Assembly (NCBI RefSeq): GCF_004010195.1
Contig: NC_057718.1
Coordinates: 42,248,584-42,312,583, forward strand
Direction: 5' to 3'
Length of the DNA stretch: 64,000 bases
Source: Chiloscyllium plagiosum
Lineage: Eukaryota
In this document: one piece after another, positions 1 through 12,695 of the stretch
Layout of the letters: each line of letters starts with the position of its first letter
How positions within the stretch are numbered: the stretch's first letter is position 1
Made by a program: the position numbers and the translations under genes
Notes under the pieces: model-generated
The model's database searches: none
Told to the model about the DNA's origin: nothing
Seen by the model: only the letters and a program-made list of their open reading frames with translations

Positions 1-740
1 TATACACTTAATGGTAAGGTCCTCGGGTGTGTTGCTGAACAAAGAGACCTTGGAGTGCAGGTTCATAGCTCCTTGAAAGTGGAATCACAGGTAGATAGGA
101 TAGTGAAGAAGGCGTTTGGTATGCTTTCTTTTATTGGTCAGAGTATTGAGTACAGGAGTTGGGATGTCATGCTGCGGCTGTACAGGACATTGGTTAGGCC
201 ACTGTTAGAATATTGCGTGCAATTCTGGTCTCCTTCCTATCGGAAAGATGTTGTGAAATTTGAAAGGGTTCAGAAAAGATTTACAAGGATGTTGCCAGCG
301 TTGGAGGATTTGACCAATAGGGTGAGGCTTAACAGGCTGGGGCTGTTTTCCCTGGAGTGTTGGAGGTTGAGAGGTGTCCTTATAGAGATTTACAAAATCA
401 TGACAAAGTCTTTTCCCTGGGGTTGGGGAGTCCAGAACTAGAGGCCATAGGTTTAGGGTGAGAGGGGAAAGATACAAAAGAGACCAAATGGGTAACGTTT
501 TCACACAGAGGATGGCACGTGTATGTAATGAGCTGCTAGAGGAAATGATGGAGGCTAGTACAATTGCAACATTTAAAAGGCATTTGGATGGGTACATGAA
601 TAGGAAGTGTTTGGAGGGATATGGGCCAGGTGCTAGCAGGTGGGACTAGATTGGGTTGGGATAGCTGGTTGGCATGGACAGGTTGGACCGAAGGGTCTGT
701 TTCCATGCTGTACACCTCTATGACTCTATGACTCTATGAT
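1..740 (+). mobile_element. CR1-clade LINE (HER1-like), 3' part of ORF2 and 3' UTR
   Basis: ORF 55..441 reads LYRTLVRPLLEYCVQFWSP...ERVQKRFTRMLP (CR1 ORF2 C-terminus); ends in a (TATGACTC)n tail at ~719-740. Confidence 0.95.
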
Positions 741-2202
741 TGAGATGAATTCTTTATACTATGAACTGAAGAATACCAAGGATACCCAAGGATTGCCCAG
801 AAGTCATTTCTTTCTCAAAGCATTTAATAATTTAGAAAGGAAGAGTTCCAATCAGACAGCTTCAACTTCTGTCACATGCAACAATCATGATCAGTAGATG
901 TTAGGTTATGTTTTCCCAGGTGAAAATTTTAAAATCTCTCAAGACAAAGTACTTTTGTAATAAATAGGTCAAAATAACAGTGGGACAATAACTTCAATTA
1001 TTATATGACCTGTTTGTATCCCAGCAGCTTCACCTAAGTTGTTTTAATATAATTCCGAAGTTACATTATACCCATGTGGAGTGCACTAGAGCAGAAATCC
1101 ATCAAAAAGACATTCAACTTTGAGGCAAAATCTTAAGAACACACACAAAAATTCTTTTTCTTCAGATAACATCTCATTATTCCCTGCAGGAAGATGTACA
1201 TTCAAAAAAAAAATCAAATTCTGTCCCTCTTGAGAATCACTTTGTAGAGATGACAAAACTCTGAAAATCTTAAATCATGATGCTGTAGCAATGAACAGAA
1301 CTCATACGAATGCAAATCCAGTAGTAATGTCAAGAAAGGGAATTATCTTTCCCTGTTGTCATGATGATTCTCAATGAAATTATCAGATATTCATCTCATT
1401 TTAGATGGGCTATCAATGTCCTTTAAAGAATGCAAATGTAGATGCATATTTCTATAGGGGGATATGTTGGAGTTGGACTATTCTTGGCAACACACCTACT
1501 ATCTTGCTAATCATCAGGCTTGGCTTTTTAATTGCCACAAAAAGCAAATCAGTCATTTGGACTTGTGAATGTATGCAGCATATGTAGGTCACAGAATGTA
1601 GGAGCTCCAATTTAAACTGCTGGTACTGATTTTAATATCCAGATTACAACAACAAGCTTTCCTTAAATCAAGTTACATTAAAATACATTGAGTTGAAAAT
1701 TCTTGTAGTAAGATTGTGAATCTAACGTCATGTCAAAAATGCCAAGCATATGCAATATCTGCTACAGTTGTTGTTGGTGTTTACTTGGCATTTACATGTG
1801 TTAAATATCTATCATTTAATATTATATAATTATGATCTATCCTATAGATATTGTCAATTTAATTTATCTTCTGTACCAAAGTGTATGATTTTAAATTATG
1901 TCCAAGTATCAAAGTTTTTTTTTGATCTGTTTCTTTTTGGTAAGTCTAATAGCAAAATAATGGTTATTCTAAGCTCTTTGAAAAATAACTATCGACATAA
2001 GTTCCCAAGGTAGCAATCGAATAACTGGTATTTCCTAACAGAAATGTCATTTTGTTTTCTCTTCCACTCAAATAGCCTTATATCTGAAAATCTGTGCACA
2101 CAGACTAGTTGCTTTCATATATAAATTAATGGCAGAAAATTAGGTGTTGGAATATACTGCTGAATTGCACAATCTGGTTCCACAAGAATACTATTTCTTT
2201 AA

Positions 2203-3228
2203 GCCGTGGGAAATCATGTCTCACAAACTTGATTGAGTTTTTTGAAGAAGTAACAAAGAAGATTGATGAGGCCAGAGCAGTAGATGTAATCTATATGAAC
2301 TTCAGTAAGGCATTCAACAAGGTTCCCCATGGGAGACTGGTTAGCAAGGTTAGATCTCATGGAATACAGGGAGAACTAGCCATTTGGATACAGAACTGGC
2401 TCAAAGGTAGAAGACAGAGGGTGGTGGTGGAGGGTTGNNNNNNNNNNNNNNNNNNNNNNNNNNNNNNNNNNNNNNNNNNNNNNNNNNNNNNNNNNNNNNN
2501 NNNNNNNNNNNNNNNNNNNNNNNNNNNNNNNNNNNNNNNNNNNNNNNNNNNNNNNNNNNNNNNNNNNNNNNNNNNNNNNNNNNNNNNNNNNNNNNNNNNN
2601 NNNNNNNNNNNNNNNNNNNNNNNNNNNNNNNNNNNNNNNNNNNNNNNNNNNNNNNNNNNNNNNNNNNNNNNNNNNNNNNNNNNNNNNNNNNNNNNNNNNN
2701 NNNNNNNNNNNNNNNNNNNNNNNNNNNNNNNNNNNNNNNNNNNNNNNNNNNNNNNNNNNNNNNNNNNNNNNNNNNNNNNNNNNNNNNNNNNNNNNNNNNN
2801 NNNNNNNNNNNNNNNNNNNNNNNNNNNNNNNNNNNNNNNNNNNNNNNNNNNNNNNNNNNNNNNNNNNNNNNNNNNNNNNNNNNNNNNNNNNNNNNNNNNN
2901 NNNNNNNNNNNNNNNNNNNNNNNNNNNNNNNNNNNNNNNNNNNNNNNNNNNNNNNNNNNNNNNNNNNNNNNNNNNNNNNNNNNNNNNNNNNNNNNNNNNN
3001 NNNNNNNNNNNNNNNNNNNNNNNNNNNNNNNNNNNNNNNNNNNNNNNNNNNNNNNNNNNNNNNNNNNNNNNNNNNNNNNNNNNNNNNNNNNNNNNNNNNN
3101 NNNNNNAGAGATATGGGCCGGGTGCTGGCAGGTGGGACTAGATTGGGTTGGGATATCTGGTCGGCATGGATGGGTTGGACCGAAGCGTCTGTTTCCGTGC
3201 TCTACATCTCTATGACTCTATGACTCTA
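2203..3228 (+). mobile_element. 5'-truncated young CR1 LINE spanning an assembly gap
   Basis: [35 protein letters not shown] motifs before the gap; same 3' UTR and TATGACTC tail after it. Confidence 0.93.
2438..3106. other. Assembly gap (N run)
   Basis: Run of N inside a CR1 copy. Confidence 1.
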
Positions 3229-3842
3229 AGTTCTGCCATTTTCTAATAGGGGTGTGGAGGAGGGACAGGATGGGTAGATCTTCTGCCTTGTTCTCCGGGA
3301 AGATTAATTACTTTATTTACAAGAATGTGAGTTCTTATTTGAATTGAAAGGCAATTTGTATTAACATATTGTAACTTTTGGTGAGGCTGATTGATCTCTA
3401 CAGATTTATTGTTCGCCTTGCACCTACCACTCTGATCCTGTAGCCACAATTTGGAATGAAGACTTTATCCACTGCAAAGCTGGATGAGGTTACCACCAAG
3501 ACACATTTGACTCAGCATGATGGGACCATGGCAATCTCAACATAGTGTTTAGTAGTACTGTGGTGGGTAGTGCAAGGAGAAGGGTGAGAAACTCATTTGT
3601 TTACCAGCATGGTAAACAATTCTGGTTTGTAGTTACACTATGGGAATTATTCTGGAATTTAGCAATGCAAGGGCGGTGAACTCCTAAATTTCAACAATGA
3701 TTGTCCTGTGGTTGAGCAAGACTACAGAAGTTAAGCTTGGATTTTGGCAGAACCTTGGACATGCAACATGGGGATGGATTTAATGGTCATCCACCAGTCT
3801 CTCTGAAGGTTCATAAAGTACCTTGCTAGAGGCATTGCTTTT

Positions 3843-5515
3843 ATAGAGTCAAAAAGTCATAGTACAGAAAAAGCCCCTTCGGTCCAACCAGTTTATGCTA
3901 AACATAATCCCGTAATAAACCAATCTCACCTGCCTATTCCTGGCCAAAATCCCTCCAAACTTTTCTTATTCATGTACTTATCCAAATGTCTGTTAAACAT
4001 TGTCATTGAAATGACATCCACCACTTCCTCAGTAAGTTCATTCCATACACGAACTATCTGCAGTGTAAAAAATTTGCTCCTCATGTTTTTTTTTAATTTC
4101 TCTCCTCTCACCTTAAAAATATGCCCCCTTGTTTTGAAATCCCCCATTTTCACCCAGAAGTGAAAAGACAACTACCATTAACTCTATCCATACCTCTCAT
4201 TATTTTGTAAACTTCTATAAGATCATCTCTCAACCTCCTACCCTCTAGTGAAACAAGTCCTAGCCTATCCAGTCTTTCTTTATAACTCAAACCTTCCATA
4301 CCCAGCAATATCGTGGTAAATCTCTTCTAAACCTTCTCTAGCTTAGTAATATCCTTTCGATAACTGGCTAACTACAACTGGACACAATATTCCTGAAGAG
4401 GCCTCACCAATGTCCTGCTCAACCTGAAGATGACTTCCCAACTCCTATAGGCGCAAGTGAGTACTGCAGATGTTGGAGATTAGAGTCGGGAGTGTGGTGC
4501 TGGAGAAGCACAGCAGGTCAGGCAGCATCCGAGGAGCAGAGAAATCAACGTTTCAGGCAAAATTCCTGATGAAGGGCATTTGTCCGAATCGTCGATTTTC
4601 CTGCTCCTCGGAGGCTGCCTGACCTGCTGTGCTTTTCCAGCACAACAATTCCCAACTCCTATACTCAAAGGACTGAGCAATGAAGGCAAGCATTCTAAAT
4701 ACCTTTTTAACCACCCTGTCTACATGTGATGCAAACTTCACAGATTTATGTACCTGAACCCCTAGGTTCCTCTGTTCTGCAGCACTACCCAAGGCCCTAC
4801 CATGAATTATAAAAGCCCTACCCTTATTTATTGTACCAAAATGCAATACCTCACATTTATCCAGATTGAACTCCATCTTCCATTTTTCAGCCCATTGATC
4901 CATTTGTTGAAGATCTCTTTGTAATCTTAGGAAACCTTCTTCACTGTCTACTATGCCACCTATTTTGGTGTCAACTGCAAACTTACTAACCATGCCTTAT
5001 TTACTATCATCCAAATCATTTATATAAACAACAACAAAAGTGGACCCAGAAGTGATCCCTGGGGAACACCGCTGGTAACAAGCCTCCAGTCTGAAAAACA
5101 ACCCTCCACTACCAGTCTCATGTGACCTATCTTTACTAATGAAACTACCATGTGGAACCTTGTCGAAGGCTTTACTAACGTTCAAGCAAGTAACGTTTAC
5201 TGTTCTGCCCTTACCACCCTTTTCACAAATTCCTCAAAAAACTGAATCAAGTTTGTGAGACATGATTTTCCTCACACAAAACCATGCTGGCTATCCCTAA
5301 TCAATTTTTACCTCTCTAAATGTCCATAAGTCGTTTATTTTATAATCCCCTCCATCAATTTATCCACAAGCAAAGTCAGACTCAAGTTTATAGTTGCCTG
5401 GTTTCTCCTTACAGCCTTTCTTCAACTAAGGTACAACATTAGCCACCCTCCACTCACCAGGCACCTCATCTTTAGTTATAGATGATGCAAATATTTCTGT
5501 TAGGGGTCTCAAAAT
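3843..5515 (-). mobile_element. Diverged CR1 LINE (RT to 3' tail), interrupted at 4450-4648
   Basis: Minus ORFs [39 protein letters not shown]; tail remnant ATAGAGTCA at the left end. Confidence 0.92.
4450..4648. mobile_element. Penelope-derived fold-back insertion with hammerhead-like motif
   Basis: Inverted arms GCTGGAGAAGCACAGCAGGTCAGGCAGC / GCTGCCTGACCTGCTGTGCTTTTCCAGC; CTGATGA-AGGGC-ATTT-GTCC-GAAT-CGTC at ~4566-4593; perfect 15-bp duplication TTCCCAACTCCTATA at 4435-4449 and 4649-4663. Confidence 0.85.
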
Positions 5516-5649
5516 TCTGCCATTTTGAAACCTGTTTCCTATTTTATGGCGTGCCATTGAAGTGTTAAGCAGCCCAATTCACTTGGGTCTTTTGCGGTCC
5601 TTTTCTGGCTAATTAATGGGAGACGTTCTGCTTGCACTATGATAAGGTC

Positions 5650-5851
5650 ACCAAGGTCTTAGCAGGCCATGGAGCTACTCTCCCATTAGAGAGAGTTGAC
5701 TGGTGGTGGTTTAACCTGAGGCCACCAAGTCTCAGGTGAGGGGAGAGGTTGAGAAAGAGAATCCTTCATGGTAACTTCAGTTGCAGTGGGAATTAAATCC
5801 ATGTTCCTGCATTACAAACCAGCTGTCCAGCCAACTGAGCTAAAACAACCA
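5650..5851 (-). mobile_element. tRNA-derived SINE, decayed
   Basis: Minus strand starts GGTTGTTTTAGCTCAGTTGGCTGG (A-box-like), followed by GGATTTAATTCCC (decayed B-box). Confidence 0.65.
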
Positions 5852-6104
5852 CCCCTGCTGGTCCACCAAGCACAAAAGGACTGCAGGCAGCTAGATTTTC
5901 TCCAGACTGGCATTTCAGGGGAGGACAGGGAACATAGCTACTTTACAATCCAGCCCTCGTGGAGATTTTTTGCCTTGTAGATTTCTGGGGTTTGTCAGTA
6001 GTAGCTGAACAATGAGAAAGCAAAGCAGTTTGACAGCACACAGGGAGGGTCAAGTGCTGGGAGTGTAGACGGTTGTCAGGCCAGTAGAACTGATCTATAT
6101 GTTT

Positions 6105-6520
6105 CTCTGTAACAGGAACAGGCCTTCAGCCCAACTTGTCCAAGCAGGTTTCCTAAATTGAAGCAGTCTCATTTGCCTGCATTTGGCCCATATCCTGCTA
6201 AACCTCTCCTAGCCAGGTGCTTGTCCAAATGCCTTTTAAATGTTGCAATTGTACCCAACTGTACAAGTTCCTCCTGCAGCTCGTTCCATATACGCACCAT
6301 CCTCTGTGTGAAAGATTTGTCCCTCAGGTCCATTTTACATCTTGCCTCTCTCACCTTGAACCTATGCAACCTAATTTTAGACTTCCGTACCCTTAGGAAA
6401 AGACCTTGGCTATCCACCTTATGTGTGCCCCTCATGATTTTATAAACCTCTATAAAGGTCACCTCTCAGCCTTCTACACTCCAGGGAAATAATGTCACAG
6501 CGTCTCCTTATAACTCAAAC
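6105..6520 (-). mobile_element. CR1 LINE 3' fragment
   Basis: ORF 6169..6462 IEVYKIMRG...FTQRMVRIWNEL...FKRHLD. Confidence 0.9.
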
Positions 6521-7119
6521 TATGGAAAATCCATTCTGGAGACTATATTGCATTACTCAGCCTTCTTACTTTAGCTCTAAATCACTGAAATTGAACTTAA
6601 CAAAATTAATTTCTGAAAACCATTGATGCTAATGACAATCATGGGTAGGGGGCTGGAGTGTGAAGATTGGTGGTGGGGTAAGGGGGATTGGATGGCATTG
6701 AACGGAACCACCAACAGGTTCATCGAGCATGGACTATAATTAGTGTGGTAAGTGTGAGATGTTTTGAACTTTTAGCTGTTATTACTGCATCCCCTCCGTG
6801 TTCAGATCACCCTTTAGTGCCTTTGCCTCTATGCACAGGTAAATTAGTATATAGGCCCAAATTATCTGATCTGCATCAGAAATAGGGATTCAAAATCAGA
6901 TCAGACAAGTTACCTATTTACCTCACAGCATTTTCAAGCCTTTCTTTGATGCAGGATACATTATAATAGATGTAGCTTTACAACCATATCAGAAACATTT
7001 TAGGGAGTTATCACAAAAAAAAATCCCCTCTTTTATAGCAATAACTAGTATCTTCTAGTAACTAAACATAGCTTAAAGCTCCCAGAGTTTCTTTAACAGT
7101 CATTGGGAGAAGATAAGAG

Positions 7120-8230
7120 TATAAGTTAAATAGGTGTGGTAGTATGGTGGGTAACAGTTGAGATCACAGGTGGGTAATGGTGCAGGGTAGGAGTCGGGGT
7201 GGTGGAAGTGTGTCAAGTGGTAAGGTGTCAGGTGATGATGAGATAAAGTGTCAAGTGGTCAGGTGGTAGGGAACCAGGTCTAATAGGGGGTAGAGTGGAA
7301 GAGGAGATGGGGTGTTAGATGGGTGAATGATAGGGCGGGTGAAAGATGCATAGGGTGACAGGTAGGTAGAAGATAGTCTGGCAGACAGGTGAAAGAGTAG
7401 AGTGGAAGAAAAGTGGCTCATGGGATAGGATGATAGGTGACTGAGGGTGTAGGGTTGCAAGTAAATGGGTGAACAGATAAGGTGACTGATGGTCGAGTGA
7501 GTAGGGTAGCAGGTAAATGGGTAAGAGGATAGAATGAGTCATGTCTCAGCAGGTGTTCAAGTCATGGGGGGATGTGTTCAGTTGCCTGTAGGATATGTGA
7601 TGCCTGGGGTTAACTGGGTGTTGAGGATCAGATGTTCTGGTAGACAGGAAAGAGGTTATTACCTGATGTAAATGGGGTTTATTCAGGCAGCTGGTGGTTG
7701 GAAGCCTGGGGCAAGTGTGATTCAGTGTCTCAGCAGTGGGAAGCTATTGAAAGGCAGCCTGCTGTCAGGCAGAGTAGTCAGATATCAGAGTGGATCGGGA
7801 GCCAGGGAAGTGGGTAGGTACCAGGGTAAGTGATCTGGTGTCTTTGAGGTTGGGTATTGCAGATGTGGTTGGGTGTCTTTGGCGTCAAGTATCTGGGGAA
7901 GTGGTGGAGTGAAAAGGCAATGGTCAAGTCTCAGGAGAGAGACAGGCATTTGCAGGTGTTGATCTGCTGCCCTGGGGGTCAGGGAAGGGTCAACATGAGC
8001 AATTGGTCAGTTTTAATCCTTCTAACTTTCCCTGGTTAATTGCTCAAGTAAGTGAATTGGAATCCTCCAAAGTCTCCACTTAAGCAGAGTTTGGAGCCTT
8101 TTCTGAGAGTTCAAAATATCAGGTAATCACCCACTAGATGTTTAAGCTTTCCAAACCGTTACCAATGAATCAGACTTCCAAAGGGTCCTGACATGCATCT
8201 TTCATAATATTCCCAATCTATGGATACTGG
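7120..8230 (+). repeat. G-rich strand-asymmetric tract followed by an unclassified interspersed repeat
   Basis: Long GT/GA-rich, C-poor stretch. Downstream TCTAACTTTCCCTGGTTAATT...TTTCTGAGAGTTC resembles 31330-31410 TCTAAATTTTCCTGGGTAATT...TTTCAGAGAGTTC. Confidence 0.45.
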
Positions 8231-8845
8231 AGTCAGAGACCAGAACATATAAACCATGGTCACTTTAATAAGATGCATCTTATTTTCAAAAACAGCAATG
8301 TTCAGTCAGCCACCTTTGCATTTCCTGGAAAGTGGGAGTGAGATTCAGCAGTCTGATCAGCATGCTTGGTATATGGATCGCTCCCATGTCAACCCAAAAC
8401 TCTTCCAAAATGCAGCTCCAAACACATTATTTGCCCGAGGTAAGAGGCCCAAAGAATTTGAAGAGAAAAAATATTTGAGAACAAAGAACTGTATTCTATA
8501 ATTAGCAGATTAAGTTACAAATAGAATATCTTCCACATTTCCAGTAATTTCCAGTTGACAACAAATCATTAATATTCTATCATAGCAGCTGTATAAACAA
8601 CCTTTTTCTAAAAGTGATTATGTGCAAACATTTGGACAATATTTCTGCCTCTTGCTTTCTTCAGATGTTAATTGCTTTTATTTAATAGTTTAGTGGAATA
8701 GCTTTTATTTAAAGGTTTTGTTTGATACCTGCTCAAATATGTCATCTAAAGTGTAATCAAATGATTTTCTAAACACACCAACTGAAACATTACATGGACA
8801 GAGAAATCATTTGACTCATCCAGCCAGAAAAAAAGTTAAACTTTA

Positions 8846-9579
8846 TTCAAAGTTTGTGAGAAGATTTGTAGCTCGGGTGCTCATTGTTGTGGTTCTGTTC
8901 ACCGAGCTGGGAATTTGTGTTGCAGACATTTCGCCCCCTGTCTAGGTGACATCCTGAGTGCCTGGGAGCCTCCTGTGAAGCGCTTCTGTGATGTTTCCTC
9001 CAGCATTTATCTCTGCCGCTTCCGGTTGTCAGTTCCAGCTGTGCGTTGCAGTGGTCGATATATTGGGTCCAGGTCGATGTGCTTATTGATTGCATCTGTG
9101 GATGAGTGCCATGCCTCTAGGAATTCCCTGGCTGTTCTCTGTTTGGCTTGTCCTATAATAGTAGTGTTGTCACCGTTGAACTCATGTTGCTTGTCATCTG
9201 AGTGTGTGGCTAGTTGGTGTTCATGGATGCGGATCGTTAGCTGTCTTCCTGTTTGTCCTATGTAGTGTTTTGTGCAGTCCTTGCATGGGATTTTGTACAC
9301 TACATTGGTTTTGCTCATTCTGGGTATCGGGTACTTCGTCCTGGTGAGTTGTTGTCTGAGAGTGGCTGTTGGTTTGTGTGCTGTTATGAGTCCTAGTGGT
9401 CGCAGTAGTCTGGCTGTCAGTTCGGATACCCGCGCGATTTCATCAACAGATGCCTAAGGGAAAGACAACGGAACGAAAACATGCCGCAACCTAAAGGACT
9501 AGCCACACTACCATACATCAAGAGCATTTCCGAACCATGAGCAAAATCCCATGCAAGGAGTGCACAAAACACTACATAG
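8846..9579 (-). mobile_element. Penelope-like element, 3' part with GIY-YIG endonuclease and inverted 5' segment
   Basis: ORF 9007..9318 NVVYKIPCKDCTKHYIGQTGRQL...REFLEAWHS; plus-strand 9423-9534 encodes the preceding GYPRDFINRCL...LPYIKSISE; decayed hammerhead CTCAGGA...GAAA on the minus strand at ~8920-8960. Confidence 0.93.
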
Positions 9580-11202
9580 TCCTTATTCCCCATAATAAAT
9601 TCACCCGTTTCTGTCTTCAAGGGCCCAATTTTAGTCTTAAACATTTTTTTTCTTTTCACATATCTAAAAAAGCTTTTACTATTCTCCTTTATATTTTTGG
9701 CCAGTTTGCCTTTGTACCTCATTTTTTCTCCGTGTATTGCCTTTTTAGTTATCATCGTTGCTCTTTAAAGTTTCCCAGTCCTCTGGCTTCCCACTCATCT
9801 TTGCAATGTTATACGTGTCTTGTATCTTTATACAGTCCTTAACTTCCCTCGTCAGCCACGGGCGCCCCTGCATCCCCTTAGGATCTTTCTTCCTCTTTGG
9901 AATGAACTGATCCTGCATCTTCTGCATTATATCCAGAAATACCTGCCATTGTTGTTCCACTGCCATCCCTGCTAGGGTATTGCACCATTGAACTTTGGCC
10001 AGCTTCTCCCTCACAGCTCTATAGTTCCCTTTGTTCAACTGCAATACTGACACTTCCGATTCTCCCTTCTCCCTCTCAAATTACAGATTAAAATTTATCA
10101 TATTATGGTCACTACCTCCTAATGGCTCCTTTACTTCTAGGTGCCTGATCAAATCTAGTTCATTGCACAACACCAGATCCAGAATTGCCTTCTCTATGGT
10201 AGGCTCCAGTACAAGCTATTCTAAAAATCCATCTTGGAAGCACTCCATGAACTCCCTTTCTTGGGGTCCAGTACTGATTCTCCCAATCTACCTGCATGTC
10301 GAAATCCCCCATAACAACTGTAGTAATACCTTTGTGACAGGCTAATTTCAACTCCTTATTCAATATGTGGGGACCAGGCTACTGTTTGGGAGCCTGTAGA
10401 TAACTCCCTTTAGGGTCTTTCTATCCTTAGAATTTCTCAGCTCTATCCATACTGACTCTACATCTCCTGATTCTATGTTCCCCCTCGCAAAGGACTGATA
10501 TCATCCCTCAGCAACAGGGCCACTCCACCCCCTCTGCCCATCAGTCTGTCCTTTCGATAGCACATATAGCTTTGAATATTCATTTCCAAGGCCCTGCCGA
10601 TTTGAAGCCATGTCTCAGTTATCACCACAACATCGTACCTGCCAATTTCCAACTGAGCCTCAAGCTCATCCACCTTATTTCTTATGCTTCATGCTACTCC
10701 CCTCACCATTCCTATCAATCCCTATTTCACTTGACCATACTGTATGGTCCCTTCTTGAGTTTTCTGCTCCGTTGATTCTGTTGTCTTTCTTAACGTCTCT
10801 TATTCCCACTTTCCCTTTAACTTCCTTCCTAAATTTCCAGTTTGTCCCCTCCCCTCTCCCCACTACTTAGTTTAAACACACCTGTGTTGGAGTGGCAAAC
10901 CTGCCAGCCAGAATGTTGGTTCCCCACCTATTAAGGTGCAACCCAGCCCTCTTGTCTAATTCAACCTTACGGCAAAACATATCCCAGTGATCCAAGAATT
11001 TAAATCTTTGCTTCCTGCACCAGTTCCTCAGCCACACATTCAAGTCCATTATCTCCCTATTCCTGCCCTCTCCAGTTCTAGGAGCTAGAAGCAAACTGGA
11101 GATAACCACCCTGGAAGTCCTGCTTTTCAGCCTTCTTCTGAGTTCTCTGAAGTCCCACTGTAGATTGACCTTCCTCTTCTTCCCAACGTCATTTGTGCCA
11201 AC
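9580..11202 (-). mobile_element. Older CR1 LINE: ORF1 esterase C-terminus, APE endonuclease and linker
   Basis: VGTND...SRVVISSLL...GLHLNRWG (SGNH-esterase-type ORF1); YDVVVITETWL and VVMGDF (APE endonuclease); PWLTREVKDCIK. Confidence 0.92.
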
Positions 11203-12695
11203 TAAGATATTTGTATCATTGATAGTCACAGGTGAGGTGCCGGAAGACTGGAGGCTGGCAAATGTGGTGCCACTGTATAAGAAGGGCGGTAAAGACAAGC
11301 CAGGGAACTATAGACCGGTGAGCCTCACCTCAGTGGTGGGCAAGTTGTTGGAGGGAATCCTGAGGGACAGGATGTACATGTATTTGGAAAGGCAAGGACT
11401 GATTAGGGATAGTCAACATGGCTTTGTGCATGGGAAATCATGTCTCACAAACTTGACTGAGGTTTTTGAAGAAGTAACGAAGAAGACTGATGGGGGCAGA
11501 GCAGTAGGTGTGATCTATATGGACTTCAGTAAGGCGTTCGACAAGGTTCCCCATGGGAGAGTGGCTAGCAAGGTTAGGTCTCATGGAATACAGGGAGAAC
11601 TAGTCATTTGGATACAGAACTGGCTCAAAGGTAGAAGAAAGAGGGTGGTGGAGGAGTGTTGTTTTTCAGACTGGAGGCCTGTGACCAATGGAGTGCCACA
11701 AGGATTGGTGCTGGGCCCTCTACTTTTTGTCATTTACACAAATGATTTGGATGCGAACATAAGAGGTACAACTAGTAAGTTTGCAGATGACACCAAAATT
11801 GGAGGTGTAGTGGACAGCTAAGAGGGTTACCTCAGAATACAACAGAATCTGGACCAGATGGGCCAATGGGCTGAGAAGTGGCAGATGGAGTTTAATCCAG
11901 ATAAATGCGAGATGCTGCATTTTGGGAAAGGAAATCTTAGCAAGACTTATACACTTAATGGTAATGTCCTAGGGAGTGTTGCTGAACAGAGACCTTGGAG
12001 TGCAGGTTCATAGCTCCCTTGAAAGTGGAGTTGCAGGTAGATAGGATAGTGAAGAAGGCATTTGATATGCTTTCCTTTATTGGTCAGAGCATTGATTATA
12101 GGAGTTGGGAGGTCATGTTGCAGCTGTACAGGACTTTGATTAGGCCACTGTTGGAATTTTGCAAGCAATTCTGGTCTCCTTCCTACCAGAAAGATGTTGT
12201 GAAACTTGAAAGGGTTCAGAAAAGAGTTACAAGGATGTTGCCAGGGTTGGAGGATTTGAGCTTTTGGGAGAGGCTGAACAGGCTAGGCCTATTTTCCCTG
12301 GAGCGTCGGAGGCTGAGGGGTGACCTTATAGAGGTTTACCAAATTATGAGGGGCATGGATAGGATAAATAGACAAAGTCTTTTCCCTGGGGCCGGGGGGT
12401 CCAGAACTAGAGGGCATAGGTTTAGGGTGAGAGGGGAAAGATATAAAAGAGACCTGAGGGGCAACTCTTTCACGGAGACGGTGGTACGTGTATGGAATGA
12501 GCTGCCAGAGATGTGGTGGAGGCTGGTACAATTGCAACATTTGGATGGGTATATGAATAGAAAGGGTTTGAATGGATATGAGCCGGGTGCTGTCAGGTGG
12601 GACTAGATTGGGTTGGGATATCTGGTCGACATGGACAGGTTGGACCGAAGGGTCTGTTTCCATGCTGTACATCTCTATGACTCTATGACTCTATG
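11203..12695 (+). mobile_element. Young 5'-truncated CR1 LINE nested in the older CR1
   Basis: [41 protein letters not shown]; premature stop at 11819-11821 and frameshifts; TATGACTC tail. Confidence 0.96.

Noticed and set aside
2229..3223. Longest ORFs (328 aa, 262 aa), and 29988-30473
   Set aside because: Artefacts of N runs translated as X inside CR1 copies
11165..12606. 218-aa and 203-aa RT-like ORFs as an active gene
   Set aside because: 5'-truncated CR1 with an in-frame stop and frameshifts
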